A stretch of 63,149 nucleotides of DNA from assembly GCF_006345805.1 (NCBI RefSeq), contig NW_021832400.1, forward strand, positions 1 to 63,149, written 5' to 3'. The translations under genes and the position numbers were made by a program. Shown one piece after another: positions 13,567 to 27,285 of this stretch; the stretch's first letter is position 1; each line of letters opens with the position of its first letter. Source of the DNA: Octopus sinensis. Lineage: Eukaryota. The notes beneath the pieces were generated by a model that was given only the letters and a program-made list of their open reading frames with translations, did not search any database and was not told where the DNA came from.

Positions 13567-13726
13567 TATATATATAAAGTAGGATATAAGTTAGAGGTTA
13601 CGCAACCATCTAAGGGATAGATGTATCCGTGGGCACTCCTGGTGTATTACTTCAGTATGTATGGTCCGCGTTATAAGGTATACGGTAGTAGGTAATTTAA
13701 AGGTAAAACCGTGGTTTAACATACAT

Positions 13727-14079
13727 AGAGACGATAAGAAATGGAGCAATAATTAACAATGAGAAGTGGATAATTGGTGTTTTAAAGTCGTCGTTTTATT
13801 AAATTATGAGTATGTTTACAGCTGTTTCTGTACATTGAAATGGGTTAAATTTGCATTTACCTCGTTACAATTGATAAACATCTTCAGAACGATTATATGA
13901 TAAAAGAAAGGCAAAGATGAAATAGAAGGGAAAAAGGAGGAAAAGAGTTCGTTAAAGCAGTAGTCTTACATTTTAGAGACAAGTCACCAAACATACTCCT
14001 AATCTAATTAAACAATGACTTTAAAACACCAATAATCAACTTCTCACTGTTAATTACTGCTCCATTTCTTATCGTCTCT
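13727..14079. mobile_element. Penelope-like fold-back element (inverted ~90-bp arms) containing a hammerhead
   Basis: Arms 13727-13817 and 13989-14079 are imperfect inverted repeats. Confidence 0.65.
13814..13890 (-). ncRNA. Type-I hammerhead ribozyme with extended stem II
   Basis: Minus strand: gtt CTGAAGA tgt [46 nt] aca GAAA cagctg TA aac; palindromic helix III ACAGCUGU. Confidence 0.65.
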
Positions 14080-14093
14080 CTCTCCCTCCCTCC

Positions 14094-14138
<45 letters not shown>

Positions 14139-14139
<1 letters not shown>

Positions 14140-14535
14140 CTTTATATATAAAAGTGAGGTTGTGTGCTGTCTGTCTCCTACGATTTAGATTCCTAACTAC
14201 TCCCACATTTTGCGGTGCAGTTTAACCAAAACCGGGTATCTTATAGTCGGGATTCATATCGAGCCCTTCTGGGTAGTAGCGCGCGTCTACGATGAGTCTA
14301 CGATTTAAAAAAAAATTACCATCAACTTTTCCCGTTTTTAATGCATTTTTGGCATATATAAGGGAAGTAACTCTCTAAAAATTTATTATTAAATCTCAGA
14401 ACGTAAAAAAAACTACAGTAACCCCCCCCCTTTGTGGTTAGCCATATTGAGATGGCTATTATACTTTACATCACTAAAAATGCTTAAATAGTTATTTCCC
14501 TTACAAACCCGAGCAACGCCGGGCGATACTGCTAG
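14139..14535 (+). mobile_element. Non-autonomous Helitron family H1
   Basis: TC start inside (TA)n; hairpin plus CTAG|T end. Confidence 0.9.
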
Positions 14536-14640
14536 TATATATATATGTATGTATGTATGTATGTATATAATACACAGTATTTATCAACCTCTCGTTCGTT
14601 TTGCACCTTCTATATTTATTGTGCATAACTCCTTACATGC

Positions 14641-14838
14641 TCTTTTACTTGTTTCAGTCATGTGACTGTGGCCATGCTGGAGCATCGCCATTTAGTCGAG
14701 CAAATCGACCCCGGGACTTATTCTATCGGTCACTTTTGTCGAACCGCTAAGTTACGGGGACGTAAACACACCAGCATCGGTTGTCAAGCGATGTTGGGGG
14801 GACAAACACAGACACACAAACACACACACACACACACG

Positions 14839-14878
<40 letters not shown>

Positions 14879-15075
14879 TATATATATATATATACACATA
14901 CATACATATATACGACAGTCTTCTTTCAGTTTCCGTCTACCGAATCCACTCACAAGGCTTTGGTCGGCTCGAAGCTATAGTAGAAGACACTTGCACAAGG
15001 TGCCACGCAGCGGGACCGAACCTGGAACCATGTGGTTCGTAAGCAAGCTACTTTCCACACAGCCACTCCTACGCC
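14641..15075 (-). mobile_element. tRNA-derived SINE family A, full length, internal (CA)/(TA) microsatellite
   Basis: On minus strand: A-box-like TGGCTGTGTGG, B-box-like GGTTCGGTCCC, 3' stem-loop CAGTCACATGACTG, AAGTAAAAGA tail. Confidence 0.9.
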
Positions 15076-15430
15076 TATACATGTAAATTTTATTTCAATT
15101 GTACATGTATTTTTATAGATTTTTATATTCTTTCTATATTTCTATGTATGTTTGGTTTTATTCTTTATACCATGGAAGAATCTTTACGCCTGTGAATGTA
15201 TGATTTATGTTGATATGGATAAATATATATGATTGAATTACATTGATTGAATATCTTCATTTATGCATTTGGGAATCCGTTTGACAGCCTACGACTTGCG
15301 TTTCCAATTTTCTCTACTCTGTATTTTTTCGAAATGTCTCTCTATGAGTATTCTGTAAATAACCCATACATTTTGATACATACTAAATATTATACATACA
15401 TACATACATATATATACATATATAAATATA

Positions 15431-15479
<49 letters not shown>

Positions 15480-16168
15480 TACATACACGATGGGCTTCTT
15501 ACAGTTTCTGCCTACCAAATCCAATGATAAGGCTTTGGTTGGCACGATGATATAGAAGACACTTGTCCAAGGGGCCACCCAGTAGGACTGAAACCGGAAC
15601 CATTTGGTTCGGAAGCAATGTTCTCACCACATAGCCACGCCCATATATGTATGTGTATATGTGTGTGTATATATATATATATTGGTTGGTTTCCTAACAG
15701 GATACAGTTAGGAGTCTTTTTACTATATTCGTTGAGACTGGGTTTTGATTGGTTTGGAACTATATGACGTCAGTGAAAAGTGCAAGTGACCACAGCTTAG
15801 CTGAGCTGATATAAATCCAGCAATCACAAAATTCACCAAAATATGCGAGCAGACACCGACCAAAAATCATTACTGTTGCTCCCATTGGAACACAAGGTAA
15901 AATCTAAAATGAACTCCTCGCCTTTTCAAGAACATGAATTTTTTTTATATTTGACTCTATAGAATGTATGTCACAATTATGAACTACTACATCATACTCT
16001 TTAAACATATAGCATGGACTCTCTTTATTATATATGATTTTTTTATATTTGACTCTATTGAATATTATATATGAAATTTTTATATTTGACTATATATGTC
16101 ACAATTATGAACTATTACATCATACTCTTTAAACATATAGCATGGACTCTCTTTATTATATATAATTT

Positions 16169-16211
16169 TTTTTGATAAGGTTCGTCATTTCAAGAACCGA
16201 AACATGTTAAA
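16169..16211 (+). ncRNA. Minimal type-I hammerhead, U3-A8 variant core
   Basis: ttt TTGATAA ggttc gtcatttcaa gaacc GAAA catg TT aaa; helix III palindrome ACAUGU. Confidence 0.7.
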
Positions 16212-16293
16212 TTTAAATTTAAATTTGTCTAATATAGCAGCAATTTCAAACTTCATTTTTTACAAATATATACATATATATACATATATATAT

Positions 16294-16350
<57 letters not shown>

Positions 16351-16354
16351 CATA

Positions 16355-17689
16355 TTAGGTGATCAAGTATGAAATTTGTAGAAAAGAAAAAAGTTTGCTA
16401 ATGTTTTATAAATACAAGGAATAGTTTTATTCATCAAAGTATGCGCCCATATTGTCAATACACTTTTACCATTTCTGCGGTCGCTTCTCCATCCCGGAAC
16501 TGTAAAATCCTGGCAATATAGAGTCAATGAAATCTTGGAAGGCCTGCTCTATAGCATCGTCGGAATTTATTTTTTTTCCTATCAAAAAGTCATCCAAATT
16601 CTGGAAGTATTAGTAGTCAGTGGAGGCAAGATCAGGTGAGTGCGACGGATGATGGAGAACTTCCAACTCCAACTCCTGTAGTTTTGTGGATGTTATTTTT
16701 GCGATGTGCGGTCAGGCGTTGTCTTGCAATAAAATAGGAGTGGATCTGTTGACTAATCTAGGCTGTTTCTTTGTAAGTTCCTGCATCATCTGGTCCAGTT
16801 GGCTACAGTATACTTCGGCCGTGATTGATGAACCAGGTTGCAGGAGATCATATTGGATCACACCTGCGCGCCAGACCACCAAAAACATATCATCACCTTA
16901 TTTTGAGGAATTTTGCTTTTGTGACTGTGTTTTGGTGGCTCGCCTTTGTCCAACCATTCTGCTGAACGTTTACGGTTGTTGTATTGGATCCATTTTTCCT
17001 CACGTTACAATTCGTTTCAAAAATGATTCATTTTAGTGACGAGAAAGTAGCATAATGCAGGCTTCCAAACGTTACTTTTTCTGATTTTCATTGAGTTTAT
17101 GTGGAGCCCACTTATCCAACTTTTCACTTTACCGATTTGAACTAAGTGAGCCAATATTATTTGCTTGCTAACATCAATCAACAACGATAATTTGCGGGCA
17201 CTTTGAGATGGATCTGACTCGATGGTGACTCGATTTTTGTTTGCTAAAATCCGTAGTTAAACATGTAGATTTGATACACCCAATTGTCATTTTATATTTT
17301 TACTACAATGCTGTTTGCTAATTTTTTCTTAGCATTATCCACCTTTGTTTCTGGTCGACCGCGTTGCTCATTTGTGAGGTCAAAGTTACCAGAACGAAAT
17401 TTTGCAAACCAATTTGACATTTATATTCCGAGCTGTTTGCGTTGCTGTATTTCCAAGAAAGAAGTTATATTTCAAAGCTGTACGGATTTCCGACTTCTTC
17501 ATCTCTAAACAAAAATAGCAAAAACGATTTATAAATACTTTATAAAGTGCAAAATTAGTTATGATAAAGAAGTAGATGTGTCAGCTTTCCAACAAAAATA
17601 TAAAGATTGTCAAAATATAATGGTGCAAAATGAACAGCTGTCAGAATTCACCATATACCTTACTACAAATTTCATACCTGACGACCTAA
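16355..17689 (-). mobile_element. Full-length mariner transposon with inactivated D,D34D-type transposase (16427-17502)
   Basis: TIRs TTAGGTGATCAAGTATGAAATTTGTAG / CTACAAATTTCATACCTGACGACCTAA with TA flanks; motifs MKKSEIR, WFAKFRSG, KWAPHKL, LLQDNA*PH, HPSHSPDLASTDY, GAYFDE*. Confidence 0.92.
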
Positions 17690-17948
17690 TATATATATAT
17701 ATATACATAATCAAATAGGGTAATAACATAAATTATTATTACCACTGGCCTAGCACAAAAGACGAATTAGTCATTAGACAATATATTATTCATCTTAGCA
17801 AATATATTCTGTCTGTTTGCTAGAAATAGGAAGAAACTGATCAGTCTGGGATATAGCTGTAATGGTAAATGTTTTTGGTTTTCATTCCTTCCATGAATTT
17901 ATCCCTTTTTGTGTCTCTAGCACTACGCTTCCTTATTTGGAAGCCTTT

Positions 17949-18020
<72 letters not shown>

Positions 18021-18329
18021 TGTATGTATGTATGTATGTATACAATATAGCAACATTATATGTATGTATAGTCAAAATAAGCAACGAGGACATTCAGAGG
18101 TAATGCAGTTTCATGCAACTCCATTTAATTGAACAATGTAATCATTACATCAATTTAAAATGTAGAGCAATCTTCAGTTGCACAAAGACATAGAATTTAA
18201 TTAAATTAGAACAGATGGACACATTAGTATAATTATACCTAATATCTCCAAGAAGTTAAGGAGATAGACAAAGAACATGTTGTACCTACAACAGTATAGT
18301 CGTAACTAAAATTGACAAGGAGACACTGC

Positions 18330-19930
18330 CTGTCACTGATTTTTTTATGGGGTCATTTTTAATTTATAGACTAGTTTATCAAATCCCTTGTATATTTAAG
18401 GCTGAGGGAAACAGAGGGCAGTATCGGTTGAGGGAGTATACAGACATTCTAGATGGTATAGTCATAAAAATCAAGATTTATTAGAAGCAACGTCATGAGG
18501 TTTAGTAAGGGAAAACTTAAAACAAAATCTTAGCTGATAATTAAGGGGCGCCCACTAGCAGACTATTGATAATGAAACAGGGGAAGTCTTATCATGTAGT
18601 ATTATAGTTAAATACTTTAAAACAATGTTGCTATATTGTATACAGTTAAAGTTTAGGGTTTTTCAAAGGATTATTAAGAGGAATGTTGTAACAAAAGGAT
18701 AGAAATTTATGAATACTTTTGAGTATATATCAAACTTTTACCATAAAAAAAGAAATTATTTAGAAATAGTTTAATATTTATACATATTGTATACTTAAAT
18801 ACTAACTCATCAGATGGTATTTGTGAATATTGGTTAAATGATATTTACTGGTATTAATAAAGGAGCATTGAAGTAAAAGATCATATATATTAATAAAATT
18901 TTAATCTAGGCAGTTTTCTTATAAGTAGTGAATATATCAGTATAGTTTTATATAAGCTAAGTATGAATTTATAGAGATACAAAAACTTAGAATAATTTTA
19001 TAAATAAAGACTAATTATTAAATAAAATAAAATAATCAAGGACAGAACACCATAGAAACGGAATAAAGTGGCTTAATTACTAATACTATAGTAAAGTATA
19101 TGTCGTTTGTTCACCAACAGAGTTGTTTTAGAAAAAATATAATAATTCAAAATATATTAGACTAAAAATTCTATTTACTTATTTAGCTTATATCTATAAA
19201 AGACTGATGTTTGGTAGCGACTAAAGGAATATTTAAGTTATGGAACAATTCTATTTTACACTAATCTTTTAATCTTTTTTTTAAAATTAACGGTTATATT
19301 ATAGGTTTAAGAAGTTATTATTATTCCCTACGTGATATTTATAGTTTCTCAGTGGTACTTATTTAGAAAGGCCATTTATATAAAGGTCCTTATAAATACT
19401 AAGATTGTGGAGGCGCAATGGCCCAGTGGTTAGGGCAGCGGACTCACGGTCGTAGGATCGCCGTGTCAATTCCCAGACTGGGTATTGTGAGTGTTTATTG
19501 ATGAAATCACCTAAAGGCTCCATGAGGCTCCGGCAGGGCGGGATAGCGATCCCTGCTGTACTCTTTCGCCACAACTTCCTCTCACTCTTTCTTCTCTTGG
19601 CCTGCTCACTTAGCCAGCAGGGTGGCATCATTTGAAGGATTAAACAATGTGAAGCGCATTGTGACTAGTGATGTGTATTAACATCTGATAGCCTGGTCGG
19701 TCATGGTAACGGTAATAAATACTAAAATTAGGAGGGTAGAGCCATTTAAGAAAGAGAAAAATCAAATAATTTCTAAAGATCATTTCAAACAATATTGTCA
19801 TACTGTATAAAGTTGAAATTTTGGGTAATCAAGAAAATTATTAAAAATGAAAATTTTAACAAAAAGATACCACTTCTTTGAATATTTTGAGTATATACCA
19901 AATTTTTACCGCAATAGAGGGAAGAAAATG
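18330..19930 (+). mobile_element. Possible highly decayed L1/Tx1-like ORF2 relic
   Basis: Only faint motif echoes (GRPL in place of QGCPL near 18545; KVA-LITNTI near 19065); no open frame. Confidence 0.25.
19407..19712 (+). mobile_element. SINE family C head with an alternative 3' tail
   Basis: Head GTGGAGGCGCAATGGCCCAGTGGTTAGGGCAGCGGACTC; diverges from other C copies after CTCTCACTCTT. Confidence 0.8.
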
Positions 19931-19989
19931 AAATTGCAAATAAATAGATTAATATTTATATATGTGGGCGTGCTTCGGGTCTGTGCGTG

Positions 19990-20900
19990 CGTATGTATAC
20001 ATACATACCCACACACACGCATGCATCCCTACCCACATACATACACGCACACCTACTCACACACACACTTACACACACACATACACACACACACATACCC
20101 GCACACACACACATACATACATACACACACATACCTACTTCAGACATACACACACACAGACATACACCCATACACTCACACTCACACGCATACACACACA
20201 CACACATACACACGCACACGCACACATACACACACACACCTACATACATACATTACACTTGTATACACACACACTTACATTCATACACACACACACCTAC
20301 ACAGCCATACCTTCACTCATACATACACACATACCTACACACACACACAAACACTCACAGACACACACCCATACATACATACACCTATACACACACGCCT
20401 ACACACATACATACACACATACATAAACACACACACATACACATACACATACATACGCACACACACATATACTTACACACATGCACACATACATACATAC
20501 ATACATACATACACCCACATACACACACACATACATACTCCTATACGCACATACATACACACAGACATACACACATACACACTCACACATACATACACAC
20601 ACACATACTCACTCACACACCTGCATGTACGCGCACACACATGCACATACACACACTTCCACACACACACACGTACATACATACACACTCATACACATAC
20701 ACACACACACACGGACATACATCTATACACACACATATACACACACATACTTACATACATTCATCGGACACACTGACACCCAGACTTACACACAGACACA
20801 CTCACACATCCACACACATACATACTTACACACACACTCGCAGGCGCGCGCACATACACGCTTGTGCACGTTCGCGCACGCATACACGCATGCATGCACC
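19990..20900. repeat. Long degenerate (CA)/(TACA)n tract
   Basis: Directly visible; accounts for the 309-aa and 425-aa His/Thr-rich ORFs. Confidence 0.95.
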
Positions 20901-21721
20901 ACGCTCGTGGGTACCGACTAGATCTCCTGTACGTATCTGGGGCCGGCGCGTGTCTTTGGGTTCTCCCACGCCTGTCGCCGCGGGACCACTCTTCCATCTC
21001 CCCCCTCCGCTGCAGTTTTGTTTCCTTAAACCCCCCCTCTTTGTACACACACGCACACACATACACACACCCACTCACACACACACATTTGCATATATAT
21101 ATACATTACACTTACACACGCTTCAAATTTACTTGCCATACACACAACTACGCACACTGGACACACACACACTACCACTCAACACACACACTGGCACGTT
21201 ACATACGCCCCCACCCTTTCCCTCCTTCCCTTCTTCCCTCCTTCCTCCCTTTTTTTACCACTGACCACTCACTTGAGACTTGCTATGTCATCCGTTCGCC
21301 CTGCACGCACTAACATATACATATGTTTTGTTTTTTTATCTCGCCTCACACACACATACACACACGCACACGCACACACTCACACATACATACACACGCA
21401 CACACACATACCTCCCGGTTTCTGATCTGCCTTTCTGACTTGCTAGGGTACCCCCACACCACTCCTTTAATTCTACTACTGCCTGCTACTAGCCACTGTC
21501 CACCATACACACACATACACACACACGCACACACTCACACACACACCCTTGTCATCTCGCACACCTTTTTTTACCATTCCCTCTTTGATTCAGCTCTCCT
21601 GTTTTTAAAAAACATTTTCCTCCTTTTTTACCACTTCCGTCTTTTTAGTATGTGACCTCGTGAAGACTACCTGCAATTTTTTTCCTCTGTCCTCCCGTCT
21701 CAGGATCTTTCTTTCTCCTAT

Positions 21722-21756
21722 GTTTCCGACGAAGAGCTCCGCTCGAAACGTCATAC
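21722..21756 (+). ncRNA. Minimal hammerhead-like motif (U4C core) in a pLTR-like element at ~21645-21855 that ends in (TA)n
   Basis: gttt CCGACGA a gagc tcc gctc GAAA c GTC atac; palindrome ACGU; one mismatch in stem I. Confidence 0.55.
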
Positions 21757-22759
21757 CCTCCTTCTTCCATTTTCTGAGCGCCTAATAATAATAATACTGT
21801 AATTGTTCCACGTGTTGTTGCTTTTTTCTGTTTTCCCGTTTGGATTAACCTTATATATATATATATATGTGTGTGTGTGTGGCCGCAGTCAAATGAATGA
21901 AACAAGTAAAAGAGAGTATATTATAAGTTGATTGTGCTTCAAATCAAGTTGTCTGAGGAAGTTAGTCAACAGTAATGCTATTGTATGTCTTGCATAACTT
22001 TATGCAATAAATAACTTTCGTTTATGGAAACGTTCGTAATTTCGATTTACCTTTCCTTTTTCTCAATTGAATTAATTATATTTCATTTTGTGTGGTCTAT
22101 AACACACCTGCTGGATCATACCTTGGTTTTCTGGAGTGCTTCTTTTATCATTTTTTTAAAGTATAAGGGATCTGCTTTTGGTCTCTGAAATACTACAAAA
22201 ACCAGGTTCCTGTATGAAATGCTGATGATGTAATCGTTCGGATTGTATCTATTCCCCTAATTAGTATATGTGTGTGTGTGTATGCATGTGTGTATGTACA
22301 CATGTGCACATATATGGATGCATACTAGTATATGTGTATGTACATACATACCGATGCCGGTGTGTTTATGTCCCCGTTACTTAGCGGTTCGGCAAAAGAG
22401 ACCGATAGAATAAGTACTGAGCTTACAAAAGAATAAGTCCCGGGGTCGAGTTGCTCGACTAAAGGCGGTACTCCAGCATGGCCACATTCAAATGACTGAA
22501 ACAAGTAAAAGAGTATACATACATACATACATACATACACACACATACATCCATACATACATACATACATACATACATACATACATACATACATACATAC
22601 ATACATACATACACACAGCTGCATTTATACAACCCTTAAATTGTCTTCTGCGAACTAATGTGCTAGCATTGAGAAAAAAGAACTGAAGTACTCGACCACA
22701 TGCTTAGGTCCCTCCGAAGTCTATCGTGCATTTTTTCCTATCTCTTTTCATTTTTTCAG

Positions 22760-22940
22760 CCGTGGGTCGATGACAAAAGCAGGGAACTGGATTCCGAACG
22801 CACACAGCCGAAACGGAAACGGTACAGCACCTCTTTCGGTGCTCTTACTGTCCACGAATCCATCGTCTTCCACTACCGCTATGTTCATCGACTCCAAATC
22901 GACAAGAGACGAAGTTAATTCAATCGATTGTGATTTGTAG
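22760..22940 (+). CDS. Candidate terminal coding exon of an unidentified gene (RGSMTKAGNW...EVNSIDCDL*)
   Basis: Strong acceptor TTTTTTCCTATCTCTTTTCATTTTTTCAG; non-repetitive CpG-rich sequence; 59 open codons in frame 22761-22940; no homology recognised. Confidence 0.3.
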
Positions 22941-23036
22941 TCTGGATTAAGATAGTCGCAACAAATATGGACGACGTAGTCATAAATATGTGTCTATAGA
23001 AAGAGGGAGAGAGGGAGACAGAGAGAGACAGAGAGA

Positions 23037-23083
<47 letters not shown>

Positions 23084-23327
23084 TAAATTGAACGAGAACA
23101 GCGGATCCCAGTTTTCTTTCCTTGTGATGTTTATAAAACATCTCCAGGGGTTTCTCAACTTAGCCGTGAATTAATGAAGTGAAACCTACCTAGGGACATC
23201 TCATATATGTACCAGGCATTTGGGTATTCCATAGAATACATCTCAAAATATCTTGTTATATTGTAGACATACATACATATTTAAATACATACATACATAC
23301 ATACATACATACATACATACATACATA

Positions 23328-23750
23328 CTCTTTACTCTTTACTCTTTTACTCTTTTACTTGTTTCAGTCATTTGACTGCGGCCATGCTGGAGCTCCACCT
23401 TTAATCGAGCAACTCGACCCCGGGACTTATTCTTTTTGTAAGCCCAGTACTTATTCTATCGGTCTCTTTTGCCGAACCGCTAAGTAACGGGGACATAAAC
23501 ACACCAGTATTGGTTGTCAAGCAATGCTAGGGGGACAAACATAGACACACAAACAAACACACATACATATATATATATACATATATACGACAGGCTTCTT
23601 TCAGTTTCTGTCTACCAAATCCACTCACAAGGCATTGGTCGGCCCGGGGCTATAGCAGAAGACACTTGCCCAAGATGCCACGCAGTGGGACTGAACCCGG
23701 AACCATGTGGTTGGTTAGCAAGCTACTTACCACACAGCCACTCCTGCGCC
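23328..23750 (-). mobile_element. SINE family A, full length
   Basis: Complete head, internal microsatellite and (TAAAAGAG)n tail. Confidence 0.92.
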
Positions 23751-23755
23751 TATAC

Positions 23756-23789
<34 letters not shown>

Positions 23790-24017
23790 TAATGTTTTTA
23801 TGTTATGATAAAAACAAATTTACGTTAAATTGAAAGATTTCTCAGTACATTTGGTAAAGTACAAATTTGTTATTCTTTAACGAGAATAGCATTGACAGTA
23901 ACTTCGAAGTTCCAGTCTACTAAGCCATTATCGGTTTGTAAATCATTTAAGTTCATCTTGGCTTTATATAATTTCTGGTAAATTAAGATTACATATACAT
24001 ATACATATGTATGTATA

Positions 24018-24117
<100 letters not shown>

Positions 24118-24155
24118 ATAATTTACAAGTTAAGGGCAAAAGAAAAATTCTAGTT

Positions 24156-24215
24156 TTGCCGCTGAAGAGGAGAAAATTCTTATGAATTTACTCCGAAATT
24201 GGACCAATACGGTAA
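24156..24215 (+). ncRNA. Intact canonical-core type-I hammerhead ribozyme
   Basis: ttgccg CTGAAGA ggag [aaattc-ttat-gaattt hairpin] ctcc GAAA ttgg a ccaa TA cggtaa; predicted cleavage after 24209; lies between inverted arms 24121-24152 and 24307-24338 (31/32). Confidence 0.85.
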
Positions 24216-24442
24216 TAACGAATTTTTTAGAAATTTCTATCGATTTGTCTCGAGACACATAAATTATAATGGTTATTGACAATTTTTGTTTCGGCATATT
24301 TGGCATTAGAATTTTTCTTTTGCCCTTATCTTGTAAATTATTTATAAATTTAACCTTTAAAGGTATTTTTGATATGCTGGCCATTGATAGAATTTTTTTC
24401 CCGAAAAAAATTTTATCCTACATTAGTTATATATATATATAT

Positions 24443-24699
24443 ATATGGAAAAAAGTGTCAAGGTAGAAAATGCTAAAATAATTTTATAGAAAAACAATTC
24501 AGTACCGGTTTCAGTCATCGAGACTTTTTCAACTGTTAGTATGGAAAACAATTCAATTTTGGAAAAATTAAAAGAAAAGTTTTTTAAAATAATATTTGCA
24601 TAGTGTTCAAATACGAGGAGCATTTTCCTTGTTTCTGCCTATTTCTGACTCCGTTTTATAAAACTTTTTAGCACTTTCTACCTTGACTTTTTTCCATAT
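24443..24699. mobile_element. Penelope-like fold-back element, same family as 33871-34758
   Basis: Imperfect inverted arms 24443-24488 and 24654-24699; starts at (TA)n. Confidence 0.7.
24500..24535 (-). ncRNA. Minimal type-I hammerhead, U3-A8 variant
   Basis: Minus strand: cag TTGAAAA agtc tcgat gact GAAA ccgg TA ctg. Confidence 0.8.
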
Positions 24700-24728
24700 C
24701 TATCAACTCGTGTGTTCCTTCTCAACCT

Positions 24729-24813
<85 letters not shown>

Positions 24814-24824
24814 GTATATATATA

Positions 24825-25184
24825 TCTATTATATAAAATTCGTTCTGTCTGTCTGTGTGTCTTCTAGGATCTCGGGCATCCTCCATCCGATTGCGCTCAA
24901 ATTTGATATGTAGATACCGACCTTATCAGGGCGTGTATAAATCTTGAAAAAATTACGAAAATCAATTTCAGGTGAGAATGTGATCGATAAAGCCGTGGGA
25001 ACGTGCATTTGTAAAATCGTTTTTCTTGGAATAGAAAAAAAGTCTATCTTTATTTCTTCTTTTGCTGGTCCCCAAATTTAGGTTAAACCAGTGTTTCGGA
25101 CGGTCGGACAAGTTGTTTTGAGAAAATTTGGTTTAAATGTTTAACAACTCAGCACCGTCTATTGGACGGGGGGCGTTTTGCTCG
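24825..25184 (+). mobile_element. Non-autonomous Helitron family H2
   Basis: A|TCTATTATATAAAA start; subterminal hairpin CCGTCTATTGGACGG; end CTCG|T (degenerate CTAG). Confidence 0.65.
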
Positions 25185-25257
25185 TATATATGTATGTGTG
25201 TGTGTTTGTGTGTATGTATGTATATGTATGTATGTATTTGTATATGTATGTATATAT

Positions 25258-25476
25258 ATTTCTTTACTACCCACAAGGGGCTAAACAAAGAGGGGACAAA
25301 CAAGGACACACAAAGGGATTAAGTCGATTACATCGACCCCAGTGCGTAACTGGTACTTAATTTATCGACCCCGAAAGGATGAAAGGCAAAGTCGACCTCG
25401 GCGGAATTTGAACCCAGAATACTTAACGGCAGACGAAATACGGCGACGCATTTCACCCGGCGTGCTAACGTTTCTG
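25258..25476 (-). mobile_element. SINE family B monomer
   Basis: Tail, centre and head blocks all present. Confidence 0.88.
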
Positions 25477-27285
25477 TATGTATGTATATAGGCAAACACA
25501 CGTTCTGTTGCTAATTCGGTTGCACCTCGCTTATGTTACTGCCAGTTCTGTTATTATAATTTTGTTGCGTTCTGTTATGTTGCGATTCTGTTGTGCTGCG
25601 GCCAAATTTATGTTGCATTTCTTCTCAGCTACATCCAATTCTCTTGTAGTCTTGCCAGTTCTCTTACGTAACCATTCTTTCATGCTACTGCTAACTTTGT
25701 TACGTCACAAGTCTGCTAAGTTACTGCCAATGTTATCATGTTGCAATTCCGTTAATAAAACTAATTCCAATTTTGGTGGACATCATCTCATAGAGAATAA
25801 ATGACACATAAACATTTAGTTTGTATTAATGTCACTAAAGAATATCGTGTTGTGAAATATAGAAAAAAGGTCTTAGCCGTTTCTGCGCTACAGGCAAAAC
25901 TATAAGTTAATGATGCACGTACCTGCTTTTATTAGTAGACTGTTATATAGTGAAAGTCCTGTTGGTTACTATGGTGACAGCAGTCTACCTATCAATCTAT
26001 CTTTCACACATACGCACTCTCTGTCTCTCAGTGTGTTTCTCTCCCAATAACAACGACGACTTTCTTCTTGAAACAAATTTTAATTCTTTGACACACATAC
26101 ACACACACACACACACACACATACACTCTCTCTCTCTCTCGCTTTCTCTTTCCCTCTCTCTCTTTCTCTCACCGAGTTTTTCTCTTAACAAGGACCTATC
26201 GTTATAGAGAAAGTGTTTTTAAAAGTATATATTGCGTTGTCTCTATTTTGAATGACATAAACACACATAAAATACTCCCGCATACAGACACCTCCCCATC
26301 AAAAAATCTTTTTATACTGTTATATAATAAGTCATTTCTTTTAAAGCTGTATCGCGTTGTGTTGACAGACTTGCACTTAAAATTCTTGCGTTTTTAATCA
26401 AGACTTGTTAATTACTATGGTGACAACACTATCTACCAAGCTTTCTATTTATCTACCTATCTACTTTTCATCCACCCATAGACATATACACTATCACTCA
26501 CTGTCGAGAACGATGAAAACATTTTAAAAACTTTTGCGCAGGCGCCTGGGTGGGTATCGGTAAGCTTTTTGACAGAAATGTAATTTATACGGAACTAATA
26601 AATGTCTTCCTACTCGGAACAGACGTATATACATTCAGGCGCATACAAACATGAAAGGTTTGTTGATTACGCAAATGAATTCATATATAACACACACATG
26701 TACATAAATGTATATGATGCATTTATACACATATTTTCAACTATACACCCATACACATATACGCACGCATGCACGCTCACGCACACGCGCACACACATAT
26801 GTATGTATGTATGTATGTATGTATGATGTATGTATGTGTGTCTGTATGTATGTATGTATGTATGTATGTATGTATGTATGTATGATGTATGTATGTGTTT
26901 GTATATATGTATACAAACATTATGTATGTGTGTATGTATGTATGTGGTATGTATGTATGTATGTATGTATGTATGTATGTATGTATGATGTATGTATGCG
27001 CTTACATCGAAAGGTGAGTATCTATGGTTTCATGTGAAAAGAAATGGAAACGAATACCAACGCTTCCATGTGGCTTGCTTGAATGATTATGAAAATGTCT
27101 TAACATGAAACCATTGGTTGCCTTCTTAACCCCTAAATAAAGTATATGCATGCGTGTGTGTATATACATACACACTGCACTGCTCCCATGCCCTATAACA
27201 TCATTTATTATTCATTTTGCGTGAATGCATTGGGCTCTTGTGGAAAATAACTGAATAAATTATTATTATTATTATTATTATTATT

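Noticed and set aside
17833-17850. GAAA CTGATCAG TC hammerhead 3' half
   Set aside because: No matching 5' core or stem I upstream; at most a truncated relic
18095-18180. Minus-strand CTGAAGA...GAAA CTGCAT TA
   Set aside because: Stem I strands do not pair
18300-19360. AT-rich block resembling a mitochondrial insertion
   Set aside because: No recognisable mitochondrial rRNA, tRNA or protein motifs
19847-21264. 309-aa and 425-aa His/Thr/Tyr-rich ORFs
   Set aside because: Translations of (CA)/(TACA)n microsatellite; no coding signal
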